This document shows, piece after piece, positions 24,680 to 35,222 of a stretch of 64,000 nucleotides of DNA. The notes beneath the pieces are model-generated. The model saw only the letters and a program-made list of their open reading frames with translations. It was not told where the DNA came from and did not search any database. Source of the stretch: Leucoraja ocellata (taxonomy: Eukaryota); assembly GCA_036785375.1 (NCBI GenBank), contig JAWMAR010000079.1:124001-188000 (forward strand), given 5' to 3'. How positions within the stretch are numbered: position 1 is the stretch's first letter; the number at the start of each line of letters is the position of its first letter. The translations under genes and the position numbers were made by a program.

Positions 24680-25735
24680 TGTTAGTTTAGTTTAGTTTTT
24701 TGCCACGGTACAGTGAAAAGCTTTTTTGTTGCGTGCTATCCAGTCTGCTTAAAGACTGTATATGATTACCATCAAGCCATCTCCAATGTACAGATGCAGG
24801 ATAAAGAGAACAATGTTTAGTGCGAGGTAAACTTCAGTAAAGTCTGATTAAAGATAGTCTGAGGGTCTCCAATTAGGTAGATGATACTAGGTCAGGACTG
24901 CTCTCTAGTTGTGATAGGATGGTTCAGTTGCCTGATAGCAGCTGGGAAGAAACTGTCCCTGAATTTGGAGGTATGTTTTCACACCTGTACCTCATGCCTG
25001 ATGGGAGAGGGGAGAAGAGGGAATGACTGTGGTGTGACTAGTCCTTGATTATGCTGGTGTAGATGGAGTCAATGGAAGAAGGGAGGTTGGTTCATGTGAT
25101 GGTCTGGGCTGTGTCCACAATTCTCTGCAATTTTTTTTGCAGTCTTGGATGGAGCTGTTCCCAAACTATACTGTGATGCTTCCCGATAAAAATACTTTAT
25201 ACGGAGCATCTGTAGAAGTTGGGGTTAGAGTTGTTGGGGATATGCCAAACTTCCCAACAAGCTGTTGGTGATATTTACTCCTAGGAACTTGAAGCTTTCA
25301 ACCATCTCTACTTTGGTGCCATCCATGTATATTGGGGTATGTGTTTACTGAAATTAATCACACTCTCCTTTGTCTTGCTGACATTAAGGGAAAGGTTATT
25401 GTCTTGGCACCAGGTTACGAGTTTCTTAATCTCCCTCCCGTACTGTGTCTCGTCATTATTTGATATTCGGCCCACTATGGTGGTGTCCTCATTGTAAATT
25501 GAGTTGTATTTGTATTTGGCTGCACAGTCGTGGGTGTGTAAGGAAGAGACTGAGAATGCATCCTTGAAGGGCACCAGTGTTGAGGATTATTGTAGAGGAT
25601 GACTTTTCATGTATCCTCACCGATTGTGGTCTGTTGGTCAAGAAGTCGAGGATCCAGTTCCTGAGGTGAATGCTGACTCTCAAGTTCCACGACTTTGGCG
25701 ATGAGCTTGGATGGTATAATGGTATTGAATGTCAG
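24680..25735 (-). mobile_element. Rex1/Babar-like LINE fragment (RT through 3' tail)
   Basis: Translated [56 protein letters not shown]; (ttagt)n tail near 24682-24697. Confidence 0.8.
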
Positions 25736-26002
25736 AACAATATCTTTGATCAAAATGCCCAAATAGGTATTTGCAGTATAATTTATGTTCGAAAATGCTG
25801 TTCATTTATATATTTATTGTGTTTACTTTCTTGAAGGAGAATGGACAAAATCCTAATCCTTATAATCCTGTGTGAGGAAAAGTAAGGAGGTAGCATTCGC
25901 TGTGGCTGGCTAGCAGCAAACGGAGTAAACATTCATTGTTTTTTTTATGAACAAGATTCAATGTGTGATATGCCACAGGGAACAGTGCTGAGGTCTTTTC
26001 TT

Positions 26003-26480
26003 TTAGATTAGATTAGATTAGATTCGTTTATTGTCATTCAGACCATTCGGTCTGAACGAAATTCTGTTTCCCTGCAGTCATACATATAATTAAAAAAAAA
26101 TGACAAAACACATAGTCAACACAAATTTAACATCCACCACAGTGAGTTCACCAAACACCTCCTCACTGTGGTGGAAGGCAAAATCTTAAAGTCTCTGGCT
26201 CTTCCCTCTTTGTTCTCCCTCTGCGCCGAGGCGACGGTTCGAACTCCGCGCCACAGCTCAGAGGCCGAGTCAGGTCTCCGCTGCCGCCGCCGCCACCACA
26301 GCTCCAGCCGGGTCAGGTCTCCGCCGCCGCCACAGCTCCAGCCGGGTCAGGTCTCCGCCGCTGCTGCTGCCGCCGCCACAGCTCCGCTACCGCCAGCCCC
26401 GCCACTAGGCCTCGGCACAGACGGAGACGGGGGACACGACCGAAGAAAAAGTCGCATCCCCCGAAGGAAGGATGCGACTT
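26003..26480 (-). mobile_element. GC-rich non-autonomous retroelement with (ttaga)n tail and internal tandem repeats
   Basis: Tail ttagattagattagatt..tttattgtcattcagaccattcggtctgaacgaaa; hairpin core ccaccacagtgag...ctcactgtggtgg; caggtctccgc repeats at 26270-26400. Confidence 0.65.
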
Positions 26481-27035
26481 TTAATGAGTTATATCAAAAT
26501 GTTGATAGTCAGCATAGATATAGCTGGTATATTTGGTTGGGATGGGTAGGAAAATAAATTGTGAAGGGGAATAAGACGGCTACAAATGGATATAGATAGA
26601 TGAAGTGCATAAGATGTCAAAGAACGTAAACTGTCAAAATATTTAACATTGTCCACTTTTTAACATTGTATTCCTTTAAGATACAATCTAATTAGACATA
26701 TTTATTAAATGGCTTAAATCTGCTTGTAATTTGTATTTGTGTTTGAGAGAACTTGCATTTGTATAGTGGCTCGGCTGTGAGAAAACATTTAACTGAAAAA
26801 ATTGAATGTGGAGTAGGCGGGGATTATGGGAAATATTTAAAGATAAGGTGAATGTTTTTGTTTAAAAAAAAATAGTTAAAGGGCAGGGAGGTAGAGGGAG
26901 AATATGTAAACTCCGCACAGGCAGTATCCATAGTCAGGATAGTACTGGGTCTCTGGTGCTTTGAGGTAGTGGCTCTACCAGCTGCTCAATTGTGCCACTC
27001 TAATGGAGTCTCTTTTTGTATAAAAAATAATCCAA

Positions 27036-28315
27036 CACCTTACAGCCCAGTGGTATGAATATTGATTTACTTCACTTCAGGTAGCCCCGGCATTCCCTCC
27101 CTCTCTCTATCTCTCCCTCACCGAAATCGCACTGGCTTCTCGTTTTCCATCCTACAAATAGCTACCAATGGCCAATTTCCTTTATCATCATTACTTTTTT
27201 GCATATCTTTCATTCATAGTTCTTTATCTCTCCACATCACTGCCTATGTAGCTATGTGGATTGTACTTCCGGTGGCGCTGGTGCCAGCAGCCTCCACCTA
27301 CAGCCCGGTATCTTTTTGTTTTTGTTTTTTTGTTTATTTTGTTATGTTAAAAGTGTATTTTTTTGTGTTTTTTTGTGTTTTTATGTGGGGGAAGAGGGCA
27401 CGGTGCGGGGGATACCGTCCTTCAGCCGCTTCCTGGTGAGGACGCGACTATTATTCGAGTCGCGTCCTCCCCTCCCCCCCCCCCCCCCCCCCACAGCGGC
27501 CTACCTACCTGGATTGGCGCGGCCTTTCCTGCCGGGATCGACCGGAGCTCCAGCAGCGGCGGGACAGCGCTGGAACATCGCGGGGCTGGCGATGCCTTAC
27601 CGGGGGTCGCCGTCTGGAGCCCGGAGTGCTGGACCTGCTGCACCAACATCAAGGAGCTGCGGTTTGCAGAGCTCCCAACGCGGGCGGCGCTGATGGACAG
27701 CGCGGGGTCCTGTGACTCTGCCCAGCTCGACCTGTGGACTCATGAGCTGCAGACTCCGGCAGTGGGAGGTGGCTGATCAGAAGGTCCGGGCCGCTGAGGA
27801 GGAGGCTGCTCACCGTCGGGGCTCGGCGTCAGCGTTCCACCAGCCCGGCGTGAGGGCCTGAACATCGGGCCACCCGGGGTGGCGACTGCAGGTGCTCGGA
27901 AGGCCCCGACTACGGATGGACACGGAGGGGAGGCTGGCTGGACTATGGTGCCGTCCTCACCTGGGTGCCATTTATGTTGTGTTGTGGACTTTTTGTGTTT
28001 GTGCTTTTGTTAAATTTTTTATTCAATTTCAATTTTATTTTTTTAATATGTTTTATTATTTATTTATTATTTATTTTTATTATTTTTCTTGTGATTTTTT
28101 TTAACGATACTGCTGTACGGGAAATTCATTTCGTTGTCTCAAAGTGAGGCAACGACAATAAAATTTGAATACAATACGAATACAATATGTCTCTCGTTTC
28201 CCATATCCCTAACCTGTCTGAAGAAGGGTCTCGATCCGAAACTTCACCTATTCCTACTCTCCAGAGATGCTGCCTGTCCCGCTGGGTTACTCCAGCTTTT
28301 TATGTCTATCTTCGT
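27036..28315 (+). mobile_element. 5'-truncated Penelope-like element 3' end, split by a nested insertion (27250-28185)
   Basis: Starts with TLQPSGMNIDLLHFR* (resembles the C-terminus of the Penelope GIY-YIG domain); pyrimidine-rich UTR; hammerhead-like core ctgaagaagggtctcgatccgaaac at ~28218-28242. Confidence 0.7.
27250..28185 (+). mobile_element. GC-rich non-autonomous retroelement inserted into the Penelope-like remnant
   Basis: Candidate TSD tatgt at 27245-27249 and 28186-28190; 3' stem-loop gttgtctc/gaggcaac, aataaa and aatac repeats. Confidence 0.65.
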
Positions 28316-28668
28316 GTTAATCCAATATACTTTTTGCCCCTCCCCTAATTTATGGTTTAATTTAAAATGTATTATACTGTGGACTCCCTGGTTATCTTTT
28401 GTGCCTTTCGTCCTTTTGTACTTTTGAGTGATTAAGAAAAATCATACTCCTAGTACAACCAGGATATTCGGCCTTCAAACATAAGATGATTTAAGATTCA
28501 ACTCATCGCCTGTAGAAACATGCATGATGCTCAATGGTTCTGGCAAACTGATCTGGCTACTTGTCAAAGACTGAATAGAGTTGATGCTTTGGAGAAAATA
28601 GTAATAAAACACAATGTTCTTTGTATTTGTAACGGATTTCCTTATAATTCTGGCTTCTTGTATTCCAG

Positions 28669-28787
28669 TGAAAATCCCATCATGTGGAGAATTGAGATTA
28701 TTAGTAGTCAAGGGCAAAAAGAATTAAAGACGATATGGCAGGTGAACACCAAGCCACCTGTGGATCATATTACATTTACTACCCCAG
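28669..28787 (+). CDS. ZWILCH: ZWILCH exon 17
   Basis: ENPIMWRIEIISSQGQKELKTIWQVNTKPPVDHITFTTP; tccag/gtattt; 119 bp. Confidence 0.93.
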
Positions 28788-29009
28788 GTATTTCCTTTTA
28801 TGCATTCAAACTTCATCTGCCATTTCTCTGCCCATTTCTGTTGCAGATATATATCCCCCTGTATATTTTGACAGCCTTCCTCACAGTCTGCAACTTCAGC
28901 AATCTTGATGTCATAGTGATGAGCTTTGTGATGGTATGGGAGTCTGTGGCCTAATTGTGAGTGGGTTCATAGTGCAGGGATAGGTACGAGGAGGTGTCTG
29001 AGAGTTTCC

Positions 29010-29440
29010 AGCTCCCCTCTCCTTTACTCTCTCTACACCAACGACTGCACCTCCACAGACACATCTGTGAAGCTACTCAAGTTTGTTGATGACACAACCC
29101 TGATTGGACTGATACAGGATGGGGATCAATCTGTCTACAGACAGGAAGTGACACAGCTGGTGTCCTGGTGCCATTGCAACAACCTGGAGCTCAATGCTCT
29201 TAAGGCAGTGGAACTCATTGTAGATTTTAGGAGAGCTCCCCCTCCCCACCCCCCACTCACCATCAACAACACCACAGTCACATCTATGGAGTCATTTTAG
29301 TTCCTTGGAACCATCCTCTCCAGGGACCTAAAATGGGAGGCCACCATCGACTCCACAGTCAAAAAGGCCCAACAAAGGATATACTTCCTGCGGCAGCTGA
29401 GAAAACAATCTGTCACGGGCAATGATGGTCCAATGATGGC
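29010..29440 (+). mobile_element. Rex1/Babar-like LINE RT fragment abutting the truncated Tc1 end
   Basis: SPLLYSLYTNDC...VKLLKFVDDTTLIGLIQDGD...LELNALKAVELIVDFRR. Confidence 0.85.
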
Positions 29441-29444
29441 AATG

Positions 29445-31002
29445 ATTTTGTCACGTTACAACCACAAACATAAATATATTTTATTGGGATTTTATGTGAT
29501 AGACCAACACAAAGTGGTGCATAATTGTGAAGTGGAAGGAAAATGAGACATGGTTTTCAAATTTTTTTACAAATAAAAAACTGAAAAGTGTGGTGTGCAA
29601 AAGTATTCAGCCCCCTGAGTCAATACTTTGTAGAACCACCTTTCGCTGCAATTACAGCTGCAAGTCTTTTGGGGTATGTCTCTACCAGCTTTGCACATCT
29701 AGAGACTAACATTTTTGCCCATTCTTCTTTGCAAAATAGCTCAAGCTCAGTCAGATTGGATGGAGAGCGTCTGTGAACAGCAATTTTCAAGTCTTGCCAG
29801 AGATTCTCAATTGGATTTAGGTCTGGACTTTGGGCCATTCTAACACACAAATATGCTTTGATCTAAACCATTCTATTGTAGCTCTGGCTGTATGTTTAGG
29901 GTCGTTGTCCTGCTGGAAGGTGAACCTCCGCCCCAGTCTCAAGTCTTTTGCAGACTCTCAGGTTTTCTTCCAAGTTTGCCCTGTATTTGGCTCCATCCAT
30001 CTTCCCATCAACTCTGACCAGCTTCCCTGTCCCTGCTGAAGAAAAGCATCCCCACAGCATGATGCTGCCACCACTATGTTTCACAGTGGGGATGGTGTGT
30101 TCAAGGTGATGTGCAGTGTTAGTTTTCCGCCACACATTGCGTTTTGCATTTAGGCCAAAACCTTCAATTTTGGTCTCATCTGACCAGAGCACCCTCCTCC
30201 ACATGTTTGCTGTGTCCCCCACATGGCTTGTGGCAAGCTGCAAACGGGACTTCTTATGGCTTTTTTTCAACAATGGCTTTCTTCTTGCCACTCTTCCATA
30301 AAGGCCCGATTTGTGGAGTGCACGACTAATAGTTGTCCTGTGGACAGATTCTCCCATCTGAGCTGTGGATCTCTGCAGCTCCTCCAGAGTTACCATGGCT
30401 GCTTCTCTGATCAATGCTCTCCTTGCCCGGCCTGTCAGTTTAGGTGGACGGCCATGTCTTGGTAGGTTTGCAGTTGTGCCATACTCTTTCCATTTTCGGA
30501 TGATGGATTGAATAGTGCTCTGTGAGATGTTCAAAGCTTGGGATATTTTTTTATAACCTAACCCTGCTTTAAACTTCTCCACAACTTTATCCCTGACCTG
30601 CCTGGTGTATTCCTTGGGCTTCATGATACTGTTTGTTCACTAATGTTCTCTAACAAACATCTGAGGCCTTCACAGAACGGCTGTATTTATACTGAGATTA
30701 GATTACACACAAGTGGACTCTATTTACTAATTAGGTGACTTCTGAAGGCAATTGGTTGCACTGGATTTTATTTAGGGGTATCTGAGTAAAGGGTGCTGAA
30801 TACTTTTGCACGCCACACTTTTCAGTTTTTTATTTGTAAAAAAATTTGAAAACCATGTATCATTTTCCTTCCACTTCACAATTATGCGCCACTTGTGTTG
30901 GTCTATCACATCAAATCCCAATAAAATACATTTACGTTTGTGGTTGTAACGTGACAAAATGTGGAAAAGTTCAAGGGGTATGAAAACTTTTGCAAGCCAC
31001 TG
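29445..31002 (-). mobile_element. Tc1-like transposon with long IR/DR-type inverted repeats; left end truncated
   Basis: Inverted repeats 29445-~29615 and ~30791-31002; right end ...gccactg followed by TA; encloses a transposase. Confidence 0.95.
29620..30624 (-). pseudogene. Frameshifted Tc1 DD34E transposase
   Basis: ORFs 29896-30624 (HTH region, GRPPK, WSDETK, GGSIMLWGCF) and 29620-29850 ([11 protein letters not shown]...KGGSTKY); the FQQDNDPKH motif lies in another frame between them. Confidence 0.93.
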
Positions 31003-31692
31003 TATACATACTTGGCTAATAACATTTATTCAATTCAATCTGCAAGGTAGAGATCAGATTGCCCGACCACGGAGGCAATGTCCTTGTTTGCAGGGTTTGA
31101 AGATGAGATTGAGATAGAAAGCATTCGGCGGGTATGAGGTTGGAGTAGACAAGGGGAAAATGGCAGTGAATCTCCAGATCATTGTTTACTGGCTGCCAAG
31201 TCAGTCTGTTGGCAGGGCTGCATTGTATGGTACAGATTCAAATATAGGACCACTCAGTTAGCTGTTAATTTCCTTGAATCCTTCAGGTCTATTTGTAACC
31301 TTTTCTAATCAAAAATATTTTCCCATCTATTAGATAAATCTGTTTTAGTTAACAATATGCTTCTATCTCACTGAGTTAATGTATAAATTGCTATGTAGTT
31401 TAGGAAACGTACAGCTGTGGCCTATGTTTTAGTCAGTTTAGATTACACTTTAAAGGGGTTCCTATTTGAGAGCTTTAAATGTTACTTTGTTTAAAATATG
31501 CTTTATTTTCAAAATGTATTACATGACACAAATGTTTATGGTCAATTTCTGTACTGTTGCATTATACTTTATCAAAGCACATTTGAAAATGAGTGGTCAT
31601 TTAACCTTCTTATGGCCTAAGAAAATTGATACACTGGTTTTAAATGAGTTAAAAATATACACAGCTAATTTGGTTTCCCTTTTGTTTTGAAG

Positions 31693-31787
31693 ATCTGCAA
31701 ACTGATGACGCAACTCTGAGTAGCAATTGTGAGGAAGCATTTTATTACAATACAGTGATTAACTGCAGTCAAGCACATTTCAGCTAA
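31693..31787 (+). CDS. ZWILCH: ZWILCH exon 18 (last coding exon, TAA stop)
   Basis: (D)LQTDDATLSSNCEEAFYYNTVINCSQAHFS* (cf. human C-terminus MVTCSQVHFK); summed CDS 1803 nt = 600 aa plus stop. Confidence 0.92.
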
Positions 31788-33360
31788 ATCATTGTAGGAA
31801 AAAGGTAAATCTAACAGTATAATTTTTTTCCAAACATTGTACCTTTCTATTCCGCATGGAGAGTTAATCATTCTACTACAGGCACTTGCTGCAGCTTGAA
31901 CATAATCCCCTCAAGATTTTCTCCAGTACTACCTAGCAACCAGGATAATGTATGTGGCTAGAAGAGCAAAACATTAAAGATGATGCAAATCTAAAATAAA
32001 ATCAAAAATGCTGGAGATACTCAGCGGGCAGCATATTGTAGAAAATAAACAAAATTAACTGTTCAGGTCATCCTACTGTTAGAACGCAGTTTACTAAATT
32101 GCCACAATTACTGAATATGATTTCATAAAGATGAATAACTGGTACACAAATAGATAATTTTAAATGTATTATAGAGTTGCACAGCATGCAAAGAGGCCCT
32201 ATGGCCCAACCCATCCATGCGGACTAGGGTGCCCCATCTAAGCTTGTTCTAGTTGCCTGTGTTTGGCCCATATCTCTCTAAACCTCTTATTCATTTACCT
32301 GTCCAAATGTCTTGATATCGTATGTGTCTTAACTACTTAATTAGGTCGCTTATACCATATATGTTGCACCCTCTATGTGGAAAGGGTTGCTCCTCGGGTT
32401 CCTATTATATCTTTAACCAATGCCCTCTAGTTTGAGATTATGAGTGACAAAACTTAATATGAACTCCTGAACCTGACTGAGCTTTTAATTTTGTGTAGTA
32501 GAATTAAAAATACCGTAGAATTGGTTTTGGTGCCCATTTTACAAGTTTAGAATAATAGCTTTAAGATTCCATCTTTCAGTGGAAATTTTATTTGGACAAA
32601 CCCCTTGACAACTGTTATGTTTTGTCAGCAATACTTTACAAAAGATCAATTAATAATATTTGTTTACAGAGATAATATACCATTGAGTATATGTTATATG
32701 GACAGGGGAATTGTGTGTCAATGGTTAGTGATTCACGTGTAAAAATCATGTTCAATTTACCTTTTGACTCATTTTTTTAACTATATTTTAATCTAGACCA
32801 AGTTGTTATGGTCTTCATTATGGCATACTGAAGAACTGGCTGATTTATTCAACGTGGCACTTTTCATTAGCACACAGTAATATTGTTTTCACTATACTTT
32901 ATTGAACATTGCATCTTGCAACTTTTAACGTTGGTTGCCAAAGTCAAAATTGTTCTTCTGCTGGAACTGGTACTGAATCTTTAAGAAGAGACATAGGTTG
33001 TAGTATTTATTATCTTTTATCTGTACTGAATCATTGTTAATATGGGTTTGCATAGCACACAGTGCCCAGTAGGGAAGGAACAATTGGAAGAAAAATCCAG
33101 TTATCCTGTTGTTACCTCAGTCATGGAATATTAATTGCAGGTTTGGATGATGGTTTTGTTTCAAAAACAGTTTTACTATCCCAAGATTTACTATCTCATT
33201 CACTGACAATAAAACAAGTAGTATCTTTGGACTTGATACTAATGAAGTATCAAATCATTTTTTGTTAACTTTTTTCTATTTCAACAAACTTGCTGGAGAA
33301 GTAGAAGTTGGTTAGCCATCCATGTTTGTTCTTGTATACCGCAACAACAATCTTCGTTTC

Positions 33361-33473
33361 TCATTTTCTCCGAAGTAGGAACATCAGTAAAATAGCACTC
33401 AGGAGTATACATAGAGTGCACACGGTTGGAACTACAATCTCAGTCACCATCTCCATATGATTGATGAGAGGAT
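33361..33473 (-). CDS. LCTL: Lactase-like protein (gamma-Klotho/KLPH), exon 13: transmembrane helix and stop
   Basis: (D)PLINHMEMVTEIVVPTVCTLCILLSAILLMFLLRRK*; ctttttag-type acceptor; 113 bp. Confidence 0.95.
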
Positions 33474-35148
33474 CTAAAAGTCAAAACAAAAAGACATAAT
33501 GCAAATAATCCTTTAATTATTTGAGAAATAATTTGTTTGCACTATATCAAGTGAATTTATTTAATATGTGATAAAATTATTTTATCATGTGCCCATTCTT
33601 TTTTTAAATAAAAACTGTGTTACATCTTTTGCTGAGAATATTGACAGCAGTGTTATGCTCTTCTACTTTTTATGGCAAGATCTCATAACTGAAGCATTAA
33701 ATTCCTTTGAAGCACAAGCTACAGATAGAGATACAACCTTGATAGGTTTACAGATTAGAAGTTTGAGCTAAGACATTGATCATTTTCCAGTAGTAATGTC
33801 ATAGGAATATAGAAATTATATCTTGAAACCACTCAAAAGTATCTTTGATTATTTTCCTTTTAATGTATTTGGATTGTGCGTGTAAATTTCAGCAGAACAT
33901 GAGAGATACTGAGCTAATAACCTATTTGAATTAAAGCATCCTAAGCATGTTCCTTGCCATTTCTAATTCTCTGACTTGGGTCCATGTAACCAAATATCTT
34001 TGAGTCAATCATTTAAAGAGGTCAGCTACTCTCACATGTCTTCATTGCCTATTTTCTGTTTTTTTTTCCTTGTCTAATCCTTGTTCCCCTTTTCAAGACC
34101 CGTACATGCTTTCTCAATTGCTCCCCACTGAGCTTGTTTATATCTTGCTGCCATGGGCGCCTGGACCCAGTTCATAGCCACCATCTGTTCTTTCTTTTAA
34201 AAAAAGCAACTCCCAGATTACGGCTCTGTTGCTTCATCAAGAACAACAAACCCAAGTCTTTCTATCATGGACATTTTAATCTTCTAATGGCACCCTCCTT
34301 GTCAGTCTTGTGGGTTTACTTTTCTCCTCTCCTGCATCTCCAACCAGGGTCTATACAACCTCATGTAATTCTCTGCCCATCATATTTATTCATTTTGTAT
34401 GTGTTTATTGAAGTTTTTAGGGCTTGGAAGTAAATCTGGTCGGCTTCACTGTTTATACAATATATAGCCCTTTCTGAAAACTTTATTCTAGCTGTATTTT
34501 TGGCACCTGTAGATTTGCTTTTCCGACTCTACCCAGCAAGTTTTTCATCTTTTTTCACTTTGCAGGTGGTGCTTTTGTGGTACTGAGTCTGGTGTTGTCT
34601 GTATGGAGTTTACATGTACATCCCAAAGACATACCAGTAGGTTAATTGGCTCCTTTAAATTTCTCTTGTGTAGATTTAAGAGAAACAGAGGGAATTAGGG
34701 GGAGGGGAAGGGCGGATGATAATGGACCTGTGAGAGAAAATATGAAGCAGGGAAATAAGTTTTTTGGGGAAGAATGGGTTTGCTTTGAGATGTGGCACAG
34801 ATAAAATGTGCCAACTGGCTCCTGCTGTTATAATCCAGCAACCCAAGAATTTGAAAGTTGTCTGATATTGTGATTTTATAAACCAAACTCAACTAGCAGA
34901 AAACAAATCATTTTAGTTTAAAACAATATAATATTTTAAATGGGAAAGCATTAAAATCAAAATGCCCAACTTTTCAAAATAATTACTCAATGTGATTATT
35001 TTAGAGAAATTGTAAATACGAAAGGACAAAGTAATCTCAACCTATTTTAGCCATGATTTGTATCCTAAAAGGCTAATGTGCACATCTTTCTTTGTTGCTT
35101 TCAAGACTTGATCTTGGCACTAAAAAAATGACATCAAGCCCTTTATAC

Positions 35149-35222
35149 CTAAACTTCATCATGCACTGGCCAAACTGTTGGCAAATGTGCCTGCTTCTCA
35201 TTTGTTCCGTCTGTTCTTCCAG
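35149..35222 (-). CDS. LCTL: Candidate LCTL alternative exon encoding a soluble C-terminus ending HDEV*
   Basis: Minus strand: gctaat branch-point motifs, pyrimidine tract ttcttttctgtttgcgcttttcag, phase-1 frame (A)GRTDGTNEKQAHLPTVWPVHDEV-TAG, immediately followed by a gtataa donor. Confidence 0.6.

Noticed and set aside
26270-26400. Repeat-spacer-like pattern (caggtctccgc... units)
   Set aside because: Ordinary tandem duplication inside a retroelement in vertebrate DNA; no unique spacers or cas genes, so not CRISPR
27062-27776. Overlapping 125-145 aa ORFs, and similar ORFs at 15018-15404, 26168-26557 and 37926-38450
   Set aside because: Low-complexity products of GC-rich repeats with few stop codons; no recognisable protein family
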